A DNA stretch of 64,000 bases, taken from contig JBBRSB010000009.1 of NCBI GenBank assembly GCA_038245785.1, positions 1 through 64,000 on the forward strand, read 5' to 3'. Position numbers and translations under genes: made by a program. Below the pieces are notes generated by a model. It was not told where the DNA came from, made no database searches, and worked only from the letters and a program-made list of their open reading frames with translations. Numbering within the stretch: the stretch's first letter is position 1; each line of letters opens with the position of its first letter. The stretch comes from Gloeobacterales cyanobacterium (GTDB taxonomy: Bacteria; Cyanobacteriota; Cyanobacteriia; Gloeobacterales; PMM-0068). Below are positions 39,582-50,106 of the stretch, piece by piece.

Positions 39582-39953
39582 ATGAACCTCAAAAAGTTTT
39601 TCCCGACAGCGTTATTAATGTTAGGTATGTTGGTGCCGCTGCCTGTGCTGGCACAACCGACAAAAGCTCCAGAAAAGCCTGCAACGACTTCCCCTGCTCC
39701 GGCCACAAGCCCAGCACCTAAGGGGACAGAGATGAAAAAAGAGCCCAAACAAAAGGGTTCAAAGAAGTCTACTACCTCAGTCGTAGATATCAACAGCGCT
39801 ACTGCACCTGAGCTGCAAACAGTCAAAGGAATCGGAAAAGCAACAGCAAAGAAAATCATTGCTGGACGGCCCTATAGTTCTCCTGAAGATCTAGTAACCA
39901 AAAAAGTGATGAGTCAGAAGCAATTTGATGGTTTGAAGTCTCAACTCAAGTAA
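39582..39953 (+). CDS. Secreted ComEA-like helix-hairpin-helix protein
   Basis: Signal peptide, Pro/Lys linker, VDINSA...L..V.GIG...A.KII..RPY. Confidence 0.82.
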   Translation: MNLKKFFPTALLMLGMLVPLPVLAQPTKAPEKPATTSPAPATSPAPKGTEMKKEPKQKGSKKSTTSVVDINSATAPELQTVKGIGKATAKKIIAGRPYSSPEDLVTKKVMSQKQFDGLKSQLK

Positions 39954-40023
39954 GGAAACTATCTTGCTTGGCATAAAGGGAAGTACGATAAATGTGCTTC
40001 CCTCTATCTTGAATGTGACTTTA

Positions 40024-40632
40024 CTAAGATAGTAGTTTTGTCAGTGCGTCTGGGTGAATTCCCCAATTAAGTAATCCTGCAAGGCCCATAACGACTCCAA
40101 AGGTTATGGGAACTATAGCTACCCCGAACAGCCATTTCTTCTGCGATAAGGAAGTTATAGCTAGCAAAGAGATAGCGATAGAAAGAGCTGCATCAGATAA
40201 GTCAAATTGGTCATCGTGAATATTGAGTTGGTCATAGGTCTTTTGATCACCTTCTGCCACTTTCTTCTGCTCTATTTTCTTCAGGTCTTCACGTTTGGCC
40301 AGTTCTTGATATACTGCTATCTGTTTATCATAAGCATTGTGCATATTAGGCGGTTGAGAAATCTCCTGCAATTTAAGTTGAGTAACGGTAGACCGTGCGA
40401 TCTCCTCACGAAGGTTACGGGCTTGATATAGAGACCAATCATCAATTCTACTTGCTTGTGCTTGTTGCATAGCCTGAACAATGTTGTCATCTTTAACTTT
40501 GCAAACTCCTATGAAAGTTGCGAGTAAAGCTACGGAGATAGCAACATAGGTGTTGATTTGACTCTTTTGCTTATCTTGCTTCGATTCATCAGGATTTTCT
40601 TTTTCAACTATATCCATTGGATCTATGTCCAT
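40024..40632 (-). CDS. DUF4337 membrane protein
   Basis: A...D.W..YQA, N-terminal TM and two C-terminal TMs. Confidence 0.72.
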   Translation of the reverse strand: MDIDPMDIVEKENPDESKQDKQKSQINTYVAISVALLATFIGVCKVKDDNIVQAMQQAQASRIDDWSLYQARNLREEIARSTVTQLKLQEISQPPNMHNAYDKQIAVYQELAKREDLKKIEQKKVAEGDQKTYDQLNIHDDQFDLSDAALSIAISLLAITSLSQKKWLFGVAIVPITFGVVMGLAGLLNWGIHPDALTKLLS

Positions 40633-40706
40633 ACTCTAGCTCCAGGCTTGATAGAGAATACCTCACTCTTAATCTTAGATACTAAAAGTGAGATATATGA
40701 GATTAT

Positions 40707-41402
40707 CTAGTCAATTGTTGCTTCAAAATCCTCAGTGTTAATAACTACAGGTCCGTTAAGTTGAGGATTTTCTTCAAGCAACTGACGCAAAGCATCTATC
40801 CTAACAACAGATTCTTGCCACACTTCTCTTGTCTCTTTATTATGAGCATGCTCTAAAACCGCTTGTCGTTGGTCTAGAAATTCTGATAGCCATTCTGTTT
40901 CATCATCTTCTACATTGGCCTCAACCTTTTTGATGATCGATCCCAAGCTGTCTGGGTCCTCTCCATCGCCATGCTGGATAATAGTGTCATAGATTACCGC
41001 TTTAGATATGGGCAGTTGCAAGCCTAGCTTTTCACAGTAATCCATGGCTGGATTCCAGTAGAGCTTATCTGCAACAGAATGCTGTGCCTGTTGAAATTTA
41101 CTATCCTCACTTGCTTCATTCCAGGCATCTTCAAAGCCCTCTAACTCAGAGGTGTCGTCATCTTCATCTTCAGCAAGTTGATTTAGCGTTTCAAGATAGT
41201 CACTCAAGGCATTACCTGGCTGTCGGGCGTGATATTCCTTGACGACTTCGAATAAATCACCTGTGCCGGTGCAACAACCAAAGAAACCAGCGGTGAAGCC
41301 TCTACCATCATCCAAATCTTCGCAGTAATCATACTTAAGTTCTGTACTGTCATTTTCAAAAACACTGTTGATAGTCAGAATTCGTTTCTTTAAGGCGTCC
41401 AT
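40707..41402 (-). CDS. GH46 chitosanase
   Basis: SVFEN (catalytic Glu), EDLDDGRGFTAG (catalytic Asp), YDT.IQHG.G.D. Confidence 0.85.
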   Translation of the reverse strand: MDALKKRILTINSVFENDSTELKYDYCEDLDDGRGFTAGFFGCCTGTGDLFEVVKEYHARQPGNALSDYLETLNQLAEDEDDDTSELEGFEDAWNEASEDSKFQQAQHSVADKLYWNPAMDYCEKLGLQLPISKAVIYDTIIQHGDGEDPDSLGSIIKKVEANVEDDETEWLSEFLDQRQAVLEHAHNKETREVWQESVVRIDALRQLLEENPQLNGPVVINTEDFEATID

Positions 41403-41430
41403 GATCACAGGCTCCTAAGTATTGATTTGG

Positions 41431-42045
41431 CTAACGAAATCCACGATTCTCTCTAAACACTAATCTTCCATAGCCCACAAACTGTTTAATAGCTTTACTA
41501 CCGGGTGGAAAAGCATTTACCTCAAATAAATAAGTGCCTCCTAGGGAAGGGTTCCGCATCAGCGCAAACTGAACGGTAACAGTCTGGTCCGCTGGGATAG
41601 GTTCTGGAAAATCAATGAGGACCGTCCGGCCATCGATACTAATTTGGGTTGGTAATACCCGTTGTGCTACTTGTGGACGCATGGCATCGGGTTCTGTAGG
41701 GATAAAAGCAGTAATGTTTTCTTGCTTGGGCATATTGACACCGAAAGCACCAAACTCGTTGGGTACGGTAATGCTGACTCTGGCTAGTGATTGAGTAGCG
41801 GCGGCTGGAATCCGAATGGCAAACTGGTAGGCCGATGGGTAGATATTGATCCGGTCATAGGTCGCTTCCGCTCGGGCCAGCTTAAGAGCCGTTGCAAAAG
41901 CAGTGGGAAATTCCGCAGCTATAGCAGTATCTGCTGGTAGTGCATGCGCTGCCAGGGTCAGGGTGGTTCCAAGAAAAATGGCTGAGAGGCCGTACCCTAG
42001 ATCTTTAAAAGCTTTTCTACAGTGGTCTAGACGCTTGTTTTCCAT
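41431..42045 (-). CDS. DUF2808-family secreted protein
   Basis: F.EP.....TV......RNP..GG.YLF.V...P.G.....QF.GYGRL. Confidence 0.78.
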   Translation of the reverse strand: MENKRLDHCRKAFKDLGYGLSAIFLGTTLTLAAHALPADTAIAAEFPTAFATALKLARAEATYDRINIYPSAYQFAIRIPAAATQSLARVSITVPNEFGAFGVNMPKQENITAFIPTEPDAMRPQVAQRVLPTQISIDGRTVLIDFPEPIPADQTVTVQFALMRNPSLGGTYLFEVNAFPPGSKAIKQFVGYGRLVFRENRGFR

Positions 42046-42162
42046 GGGAAATTTCATCCTATTTGCAGGTTTCAAGTTCTTTTATTTTGTTACCTGACAG
42101 GAGATCTGTATCATATTTGCTCTATTGTTTGTACATTAGAAGAATATGTCTGGGCATAGGCC

Positions 42163-42390
42163 ATGGAAATCTTTGGTATTGGTCCTCTTGAATTGATGGT
42201 AATTGGTGTAGTGGCCATGTTAGTTTTCGGGCCTAAGAAATTACCGGAGTTGGGAAAGACTATGGGGCAAGCCACCCGGAGCTTTAAGGTTGCTGCCCAA
42301 GAGTTTCAAAATGAACTCAGCCGCGAAATAGAAAAAGAATCAACACCCCAAAAGCAAGTAGCTCCTTCTTCTAAAGAGTTGGATACTTAA
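42163..42390 (+). CDS. tatA: Twin-arginine translocase TatA
   Basis: FGIG..EL.....FGPKKLPELG. Confidence 0.9.
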   Translation: MEIFGIGPLELMVIGVVAMLVFGPKKLPELGKTMGQATRSFKVAAQEFQNELSREIEKESTPQKQVAPSSKELDT

Positions 42391-42519
42391 TGCCCCAATG
42401 ACCTTCTGTGCGACGGCAACTAAGCAGTCATAGAATGAGGGTTCGCATTAGAAAAGCCCATAACTACCACCAACTAAACAGTAATTATGGGCTTGCTACT
42501 CCATAGACTGCTTATAGCG

Positions 42520-43125
42520 TTAGGTATGATGGTTCTCCCGAATAACCAATCGGCCAAACCCGATAAATTGATTGATAGGATTGGCTCCTGCAGGAGCAGC
42601 ATGCACTTCAAATAAATAGGTGCCCACTTTATCTGGATTGCGCATATAAGGCAACTCTACTGTGACAGCCTGTTGGGGAGAAATAGGCTCCGGAAAATTA
42701 ATGGTAATGGCTCTACCATCAACACTTGCCTAGGTCAGTATCTTACGCTGGGGATATTGGTAACTTTTGGCCTCAGGATCGGTAGGTATGAAAGCAGTAA
42801 CGACTTCTTTGCCAGGCATATTCACCCCGAATGCCCCATAGTTATCAGGAGCTGTGATGGTGAGCCGAGATAGCGGTTGCTTGGCAGCTTCAGGGACCTG
42901 AACGGTAAACTGATAGACCGAGGGATAAGCCTGTACTGAGTCATAAGTGGCTTCTGCTCGTGTCAAAACTACTGCACTTTCAAAAGCAGTGGGTAATGTT
43001 TGGGCTATCGCAGGCATAAGTGCTAATTGAGAACTAAAAACTAAGGCGCTCCCCATTAGGAAGGCGGATGCTCCTGTCTTAAATTGCCTGAAAGTTGCTG
43101 TAGTAGATTGATTATTGATATCCAT
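42520..43125 (-). pseudogene. DUF2808 paralog interrupted by an in-frame TAG
   Basis: After the TAG at 42730-42732 the frame continues ASVDGRAITINFPEP...RNP...YLFEV...QFIGFGRLVIRENHHT* to 42520. Confidence 0.8.
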
Positions 43126-43337
43126 GAAAGACCTTGTGTTGCTACACGTTTAATTATCACGATATAGTTAGGAATACTAGGGAAAACTCTATCCGCAGAT
43201 AGATCTGATTTTAGTGCTAAAGAAAGACATACTATCTACTGAAAGACAGAAAAGAACCGGTTATAGGAATAGAAAAGAGGCTAAGGCTGGGCTGCTAAAG
43301 AAGTGAGACAAAAGGGAACTCTGAACTATGGCGATAG

Positions 43338-43838
43338 ATGCTCCCTCCTCCCTACAAATTTCTGGTAATGATTTCCTCTTCCTGGCTACGTAACATCCTG
43401 CTCATTGCTAGTTTGCTCGTGCAAACCCCAGTCTTAGCCTATCGTCCTCTAACAGGACTCCATGAAGACACAGCAAATGCGCCTGTGGTTACTCGTTCTG
43501 TCTCTGCCAGCCTCGCGGACAAGGATGGGCTGCTGGAATCCAACTGGGACACAACTATTGTTCTAGAGCAGAAAGATGTGCGTGATGTCGAGTGGGTGGA
43601 AGTATCTTTTTCCCTGTTGAGCAGTCAGAGTAGTCCTGTCCGGGTACGCAAAGTAGTTTTAAACAGAGACCATCCCTGGAAACAAGGGGAGCGCTGGGAA
43701 TATCGTCTTCAAGAGACTCATATGGGATGGCCTGGTGACGCAACTTTGGTACGAGTGACAGCAGTAGCATTCACCAATGGGGAATTCTGGACAGAAAGTT
43801 CTCATGATACGTTGCCTTCAAAAGAGCAGAGACCCTAG
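43338..43838 (+). CDS. Hypothetical secreted protein
   Basis: Signal-like N-terminus; V.F.NGE.W C-terminal motif; start uncertain. Confidence 0.55.
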   Translation: MLPPPYKFLVMISSSWLRNILLIASLLVQTPVLAYRPLTGLHEDTANAPVVTRSVSASLADKDGLLESNWDTTIVLEQKDVRDVEWVEVSFSLLSSQSSPVRVRKVVLNRDHPWKQGERWEYRLQETHMGWPGDATLVRVTAVAFTNGEFWTESSHDTLPSKEQRP

Positions 43839-43922
43839 TGCCCAAGAGACGGCCAAAATAGTGGAACAGTCTATATTCCTCCAAACATGTGAGCTATACG
43901 CAGGACTAAGTTTTATTCACAA

Positions 43923-44261
43923 ATGGAAATGATTATGAAAAATCCTAGGCTTGAATCAACGAATAGCTTTTGGAATCTAGCCCGCTTTTGGGGTTGTCTG
44001 CGGTGGAGTGCTTTCGTCCTCGCTTGCCTAGCACTTTTTTTTGGCTGGGCGATTAACTTCATAACTTTCAAATCTTTTGCGAGGTACCGAGAAATCCCCC
44101 AACAAACTGCGCTCTATCTGGGTGTAGCTGGAGTGATTTTCTTCGTACTTGCTCGTGCTTTCCCTGGAGAGAATGCCCGAGCGCTTTGCTGGTTTGGGCT
44201 ATTTGTGGCTTTGGCAGGCATTGCTCTACGTGTTGTCCCCTTTTGGTCAGCTTTTATCTGA
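43923..44261 (+). CDS. Hypothetical 3-TM membrane protein
   Basis: Three hydrophobic segments. Confidence 0.55.
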   Translation: MEMIMKNPRLESTNSFWNLARFWGCLRWSAFVLACLALFFGWAINFITFKSFARYREIPQQTALYLGVAGVIFFVLARAFPGENARALCWFGLFVALAGIALRVVPFWSAFI

Positions 44262-44389
44262 AAGTCTAAACGGTTTAGGAATTCATCAATTTTTGGCGGC
44301 ATCATATTCAGTATTTATCCAAGAAGTTGGACTATTGGAGTATACCCAGTGAGTTAAGATTGAGCTAGACACTTTAAGCAGAGTGCATA

Positions 44390-44734
44390 ATGTCTGAGCA
44401 AGTGCGGTACGTCACCAATGAACAGGGAGAGCAGGTCGGTGTCCTGTTAGATTTAGAGACATACAACGGATTAACCCACGAATCAAGTTTGGATACAGAC
44501 TGCCTAATTGGGTTGAACCAGGCAGAGTTGCAGGCACTTGCCGAAAGTATGCTGGCTCCTGCTGCTCAGGCTCGATTGGATGAACTGCTGGCTGGCCAGG
44601 CTGAAAGCCAACTTAGCGAGGATGAATTAGGTGAACTGGATCGTCTGTTAGACAAGATTGACCATTTGACGCTGCTGAAAACCCGTGCCAGATATACCTT
44701 ACAATCTCTAGAAAATCTGACCCAAGCTTCGTGA
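44390..44734 (+). CDS. Putative antitoxin
   Basis: N-terminal YVTNEQGEQVGVLL beta-hairpin; C-terminus resembles that of 5264-5653; GTGA overlap with the HNH gene. Confidence 0.6.
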   Translation: MSEQVRYVTNEQGEQVGVLLDLETYNGLTHESSLDTDCLIGLNQAELQALAESMLAPAAQARLDELLAGQAESQLSEDELGELDRLLDKIDHLTLLKTRARYTLQSLENLTQAS

Positions 44735-45177
44735 GTGCCTATATCTCCGTCGAATTGCAGCGGCAGGTGCGCGACCGCTTTGCCAATGGTTGTGCCTACT
44801 GTTGTACGGCTGAAGCCTTGACTGTCACAACATTTGAATTTGAACATATCACGCCACGATCGGCTGGCAACGAAACAGTTTTGGAAAACCTTTGTTTGTC
44901 CTGCCCCTCATATAATCGTTATAAGGCTCAACGTCAGACGACTGCCGATCCACTGACTGAGGAAATCGTTTCCCTATTTCATCCCTACATTCAGTTGTGG
45001 ACAGATCATTTTGCCTGGAGTGAGGACGGTACGGAAATCATTGGACTCACGCCCATCGGTCGAGCAACCACTGTGGCTTTGAAAATGAATCGTCCGCAAG
45101 CAACTCGCGTCCGCCGAATGTGGGTCAAGATGGGAGAACACCCGCCTGTATTGAAATCACTGATGGATAGCGATTAG
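44731..45177 (+). CDS. HNH endonuclease (second CxxC reads CPSY)
   Basis: CAYC...EHITP...ENLCLSCPSYN; paralog of 5650-6078. Confidence 0.82.
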   Translation: MSAYISVELQRQVRDRFANGCAYCCTAEALTVTTFEFEHITPRSAGNETVLENLCLSCPSYNRYKAQRQTTADPLTEEIVSLFHPYIQLWTDHFAWSEDGTEIIGLTPIGRATTVALKMNRPQATRVRRMWVKMGEHPPVLKSLMDSD

Positions 45178-45363
45178 CCGTGATAGAAGTTAGCCACAGT
45201 GATTGGGTGGCAAGTTAGTATGACTGATAAAGAGTCTCAAGCCTGTTTTGAAGATTTTTAACAGCTTCCTCTTATGCTATTTAGATTGCATCTATATTTG
45301 TAGTATTGGTTAGATTCGCAAGAAAAATACTCTCTAGCATAAGGTTTTGGAGGATTGATGCTA

Positions 45364-45690
45364 ATGGAAGCTCCAATCGTTGTGCTTGAGTCTGGTGATG
45401 TTTTATCTTTCAGATCTTTAAGCTGTGCTGAACGATATCTTGAATCCATATCTATTAGAAATGATGAGTATATTGCATATGATAGTGATGGCCGATTACT
45501 TCGTCTCATTCCCCACGATCATACAGTCAAGGTTGAACTTGCTGAAGAAGAATCTACCCATGCAAATGAACTAAAAGATGCTTTAGTTAACTTTTTTGCG
45601 GAAATAGATTATGCAACGGAAGATTGGTTGTCGAAAGCTTCTCTTCGAGAACTAGTTCTTAGGGGATTGTCAGATTTTGAGACTAAGTAA
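45364..45690 (+). CDS. Hypothetical acidic AT-rich protein
   Basis: GGAGG RBS; ORF of about 108 aa. Confidence 0.6.
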   Translation: MEAPIVVLESGDVLSFRSLSCAERYLESISIRNDEYIAYDSDGRLLRLIPHDHTVKVELAEEESTHANELKDALVNFFAEIDYATEDWLSKASLRELVLRGLSDFETK

Positions 45691-45878
45691 CATTTTGGTC
45701 TTTTCTATGATCTTGTCCATAATCTTGGCGCAAAGTAAGGAAGAGAGAATCTATATAAGGGCGACGGAATCTTCTGGCTGGGAGTGTCAAGATTCATTAA
45801 TTTGTAGAGCTGTGAGGGCAAAAGCTCAAAGAAACGTCATAAAATCCCAGCTGTTGGGAATGACCAGGAGAATAAATA

Positions 45879-47081
45879 GTGACGCTCCGCGTAGCAGTTG
45901 TCGGTTCTGGCCCTGCGGGGTCCAGTGCAGCGGAAGCTTTGGCAAAAGCAGGACATAAGACCTATTTGCTAGAGCGTAATTTAAAAAACTCCAAGCCCTG
46001 TGGTGGGGCTATTCCCATCTGTATGGTGGAAGAATTCAATCTCCCTCCTGGTATCATCGACCGCCGCGTGCGCAAGATGAACATGATTTCGCCTTCGAAT
46101 ATCGACGTCCCAATCAACCTGGACCATCCCGATGAATTTATTGGCATGGTTCGCAGAGAAGTCTTTGATGCCTATCTGCGGAATCGAGCAGCAGAATTTG
46201 GAGCAGACCTGAGAGAAGTGGTTGTCCTGAGCATCAAAGTCGGGACGCCTAATATCCTTACGGTGCGCAATCCAAAAACAGGCGAAACCTACGAAATCGA
46301 AGCGGACTTGATCATTGGCGCGGACGGATTCCATTCGAAAGTGGCTAAGGCCATTGATGCGGGAGATGTGCCCTATGCCCTGGCCTATCAAGAGCGGATC
46401 AAGCTGCCCCCAGAAAAAATGAAGTACTACGAGGAACGGGCAGAGATGTATCTCGGCCATGATGTTTCTCCTGATTTTTACGCCTGGGTTTTCCCTAAGT
46501 GTGACCATGTAGCGGCTGGGACAGGCACCATGTTTCCCAACAAAGATGGCCTCAAAGGAATGCAGAAAGCGCTGCGGGCGCGGGTGGGTACCAAAATTGA
46601 AGGCGGTGAGCTGATTAAAGTAGAAGCCCATCCCCTGCCCGAATGTCCCCGTCCTCGTCGCGTCGTAGAACGTTGCATGCTGGTTGGCGATGCCGCAGGC
46701 TATGTCACGAAGTCCTCTGGCGAAGGGATTTATTTCGCCGCCAAATCAGGTCGGATGGCCGCAGAACTCGTTGTAGAACTGGCAGAAGGCGGAAAAATTC
46801 CCAATGAAGCTCAGCTTAAAGAATATATTCGACGCTGGGACAAGAATTACGGCCTAACCTACAAGGTCTTGGCTATCTTGCAGAATGTTTTCTACAAGAG
46901 TGACGCTAGCCGGGAAGCGTTTGTCGAGATGTGTGCGGATTATCACGTACAGAAGCTGACTTTTGATAGCTACTTGTACAAAACCGTAGTCCCTGCCAAT
47001 CCCTTTGTACAGATGAAGATCACAGCCAAGACCATTGGCTCTCTGCTTAGAGGCAATGCTCTAGCGCCTACCCGTAGATAG
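45879..47081 (+). CDS. chlP: Geranylgeranyl reductase
   Basis: GSGPAG, KPCGGAIP, GDAAGYVTKSSGEGIYFAA. Confidence 0.96.
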   Translation: MTLRVAVVGSGPAGSSAAEALAKAGHKTYLLERNLKNSKPCGGAIPICMVEEFNLPPGIIDRRVRKMNMISPSNIDVPINLDHPDEFIGMVRREVFDAYLRNRAAEFGADLREVVVLSIKVGTPNILTVRNPKTGETYEIEADLIIGADGFHSKVAKAIDAGDVPYALAYQERIKLPPEKMKYYEERAEMYLGHDVSPDFYAWVFPKCDHVAAGTGTMFPNKDGLKGMQKALRARVGTKIEGGELIKVEAHPLPECPRPRRVVERCMLVGDAAGYVTKSSGEGIYFAAKSGRMAAELVVELAEGGKIPNEAQLKEYIRRWDKNYGLTYKVLAILQNVFYKSDASREAFVEMCADYHVQKLTFDSYLYKTVVPANPFVQMKITAKTIGSLLRGNALAPTRR

Positions 47082-47134
47082 ATTGTCACTACGTTTGCTT
47101 TATTGTTGAGGAGTCCTAATTAAATCCAGAATAA

Positions 47135-47629
47135 ATGCTTGCCACCTACGAGCGATATCTTGACTTGGATCCTGCGACTGCGGAAAAGCTCCTCACCTAT
47201 TCCCTGGCAGACTTCTTGCAGTTACCTGCGGTCAATATTCTGTTAAACAGTTTGAACACTCAGCTATTGCGAGAGACATTGCCCACCGCTGGCCAGGTAC
47301 TGGCGAAGCAATTGCCGCCATTCTATGCCTGGTTGCAGGATGAATTGGGCGTAGAACGAGTGCCAGATAGTCCTGATCAAACTACTAAGTGGGTGGTCGG
47401 CTTTTTGAATAATCAGGAAAGCCTAAACCGCCTGGTGGAACTGCATCGCCCAGTACCGCAGCGAGCCATGGAACAAGCGATTCCGCGCTTGGTGTCAGCC
47501 TTTGATAGCGTTGCTGAAGTGGATGTTCGGCAAGAGTGGCAAAAGGCAGTAGCAGCCTTATGTTTGGTTCTGGCGGTTGCAGCGCAATCTGCCCCGGAGG
47601 TATCAGAACTATTGAGTCCAGCAAAATAG
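47135..47629 (+). CDS. Conserved cyanobacterial hypothetical protein
   Basis: 164-aa ORF, LPPFY.WL and VPDSP patterns. Confidence 0.7.
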   Translation: MLATYERYLDLDPATAEKLLTYSLADFLQLPAVNILLNSLNTQLLRETLPTAGQVLAKQLPPFYAWLQDELGVERVPDSPDQTTKWVVGFLNNQESLNRLVELHRPVPQRAMEQAIPRLVSAFDSVAEVDVRQEWQKAVAALCLVLAVAAQSAPEVSELLSPAK

Positions 47630-47726
47630 GCTGAGTGCAGTTTGGATTAGAAATTGTGGGAGGGAGGATAACAAGGGATACAATACCTCCGTAGAAAGGC
47701 TATCCAAACAACAGGGGTTTGAGTTC

Positions 47727-48788
47727 ATGAATCTCCATGAGTTAGCGAATCAGCTAGGACTACCCTATGAAGGAGATGGAACATGGCTTATTCAAAGCCC
47801 TGCCAGCTTAGAGAAGGCTACCCCTGCGCAAATTAGCTTTATCGAAAATGAAAGGTACTACTCTTTCTTGAAAACTACACAAGCGGGCGTGATTATTGCC
47901 AAACCGGATGTATCAATACCCTGTGGCAATGTTATTCGTACGCCTACGCCCCGTTTAATTTTTGCCCAAGTGCTCAATCTTTTCTATCGCACTCGTTTAC
48001 CCAAACCCGGTATTCATCCTACAGCTGTGCTGGGAACGGATGTTCGCTTGGGGGAACGGGTACATCTAGGAGCACACGTTGTACTAGGAGAAAAGACAAC
48101 AATTGGCGATGATGTCGTAATTTTCCCAAATACTACGGTATATAATCATGTCAGCATCGGGGACAGAACCGTCGTTCACAGCAACTGTTCAATTAATGAC
48201 TATACCCAGATTGGGCAAGACTGCTTTATCCAGCAAGGCGTAGCGATTGGCGGTGAAGGTTTTGGATTTGTGCCTACGCCAGAAGGGACCTGGTACAAAA
48301 TGCCTCAGACGGGCTGGGTTGTGTTGGAAGACAAGGTGGAAATTGGCTGCAATTCAACGGTGGACCGGGCTGCTTTGGGTGAAACCCGTATTGGTAAAGG
48401 TACCAAAATCGATAATCTTGTACAGGTTTCCCATGGATGTACAATTGGCCCCCATTGCGTACTAGCCAGTGGTACAGGAATTGGTGGAGGGACCACTTTA
48501 GAGGGCCATGTGACAATCGGAGCCCAGGTTGGCATTAAAGAACACGTCACGATTGGGAAGGGCGTGATTATGGCAGCCAGAACGGGCATCCATAGCAATG
48601 TGGCCGCTGGAAGCGTGATTGCAGGGCACCCTGAAGTTCCCCTGCGGCTTTGGGCGAAATACTCTGCAGCCTTCAAATACTTGCCTGAAATGCAAAAAAA
48701 TGTCCGAGCCTTGAAGAAGCAAGTTGCTGCTCTTGAGGCCCGGATAAATTTGGATGAATCGATGGATTTAGATAAATCAAAAGCGTGA
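47727..48788 (+). CDS. lpxD: UDP-3-O-acylglucosamine N-acyltransferase
   Basis: Hexapeptide repeats, GFGF, GTKIDNLVQ. Confidence 0.93.
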   Translation: MNLHELANQLGLPYEGDGTWLIQSPASLEKATPAQISFIENERYYSFLKTTQAGVIIAKPDVSIPCGNVIRTPTPRLIFAQVLNLFYRTRLPKPGIHPTAVLGTDVRLGERVHLGAHVVLGEKTTIGDDVVIFPNTTVYNHVSIGDRTVVHSNCSINDYTQIGQDCFIQQGVAIGGEGFGFVPTPEGTWYKMPQTGWVVLEDKVEIGCNSTVDRAALGETRIGKGTKIDNLVQVSHGCTIGPHCVLASGTGIGGGTTLEGHVTIGAQVGIKEHVTIGKGVIMAARTGIHSNVAAGSVIAGHPEVPLRLWAKYSAAFKYLPEMQKNVRALKKQVAALEARINLDESMDLDKSKA

Positions 48789-48814
48789 GAGCACAGCAGA
48801 CTGCGCCCTGAAAC

Positions 48815-50053
48815 TTACTGGATCAGGTCAAACACGGTGAAGAGGGGTAGATACATCGAGAGGAGGATGGTTCCAACCAAGCCGCCAAGAATCGTGATCA
48901 TGATCGGTTCCAACAGACTCGTCAAACCTTTCACCGCCAATTCCACTTCAATTTCATAGAAATCAGCAACCTTAGAGAGCATCGTGTCCAGTTCTCCGGT
49001 TTCTTCTCCAACGCTCATCATCTGAACCGCCATTGAGGGGAAAACTTTCTCTTTGGCAAGAGTTGGAGCAATTTGTCCGCCTTCTCGGATAACGGCACGC
49101 GCTTTGTCTACCGCTTCTGAAATCACCTGATTGCCTGCGGTATCGCGCACAATTTCCATAGAGGTCAGAATCGGAACTCCTGAACGAGTTAGGGCGCCAA
49201 AGGTGCGGCAGAAACGGGCTACTGCTGCTTTCTGAAGCAGATCCCCGAACAAGGGGACATTCAGCTTGAGTTTGTCAATATACAAGCGTCCTCCGGGCGT
49301 GCTGTAGATCTGCTTATAGCCAAAGTAGGTTCCACCCACCAAGGCGATGAGAATCACCCACCCCGTTACACTGCGCAAGGCGTCACTCAAGTTCAAAAGA
49401 AATAGCGTTAGTCCAGGAAGCTCTCCCCCCAGCTGCTTGAAGACTCCTTTGAATACCGGAAGAACAAAGACAATCATCCCTCCTGAGATCAAAACAGCCA
49501 GCAGTAAGACTACGACGGGATAGGTAAGCGCTGACTTGATCTGACGACGCAGACGGTCTTGGTCTTCCAATAGTTTGGATAGCCTTTCCAAAACCTCATC
49601 AAGGACCCCACCAATTTCTCCAGACTGAATCATCGAAGTGTAAAGCTTGTCAAAACAATCAGGATATTTCTTCATCGCATCGGCCAGAGCCGTCCCCTGC
49701 TCTACATCTCGGCGCACCCCACCGATGTATTTCTTCAGTTTGGGGTTCTTCGTTTGGTCTTCGAGCACGGTCAGGGAGCGAATCAACGATACTCCTGCAT
49801 TAACCAGCGTCGAAAACTGACGAGAAAAGATGGACTTGTCGCGAACGGAGATACCCGTTAGCGCCATGCTAATGCCACTGAGGTCAATATTCTTCATCAC
49901 TCCGGCTGCAGTAGCTTGCACTTCTTGAATATTCAAGACATACATACCCTGCTCTCGGAGGCGATTCCGCAAGTCACCGGCCGAGGACGCCTGTACCACC
50001 TGCTCTATAGACTGACCCCTCACATCCCGGACACGGTAACGAAATTGCGGCAT
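48815..50053 (-). CDS. pilC: Type IV pilus platform protein
   Basis: Two T2SSF domains, GEETGEL. Confidence 0.93.
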   Translation of the reverse strand: MPQFRYRVRDVRGQSIEQVVQASSAGDLRNRLREQGMYVLNIQEVQATAAGVMKNIDLSGISMALTGISVRDKSIFSRQFSTLVNAGVSLIRSLTVLEDQTKNPKLKKYIGGVRRDVEQGTALADAMKKYPDCFDKLYTSMIQSGEIGGVLDEVLERLSKLLEDQDRLRRQIKSALTYPVVVLLLAVLISGGMIVFVLPVFKGVFKQLGGELPGLTLFLLNLSDALRSVTGWVILIALVGGTYFGYKQIYSTPGGRLYIDKLKLNVPLFGDLLQKAAVARFCRTFGALTRSGVPILTSMEIVRDTAGNQVISEAVDKARAVIREGGQIAPTLAKEKVFPSMAVQMMSVGEETGELDTMLSKVADFYEIEVELAVKGLTSLLEPIMITILGGLVGTILLSMYLPLFTVFDLIQ

Positions 50054-50106
50054 TGAATCGTGCTCCAACCTTTATGAATAACTACAGAAAATAGGTGCAA
50101 TAGATA

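Noticed and set aside
42163..42390. tatA as a dedicated exporter for the flanking DUF2808 proteins
   Set aside because: Neither paralog has a twin-arginine motif, and tatA is on the opposite strand
42730..42732. Amber recoding (pyrrolysine or alternative genetic code)
   Set aside because: TAG serves as a normal stop in many intact genes here, and no pyl genes are seen
45178..45690. attC sites around the AT-rich ORF after the second HNH pair
   Set aside because: I could not find paired RYYYAAC/GTTRRRY boxes with a foldable stem
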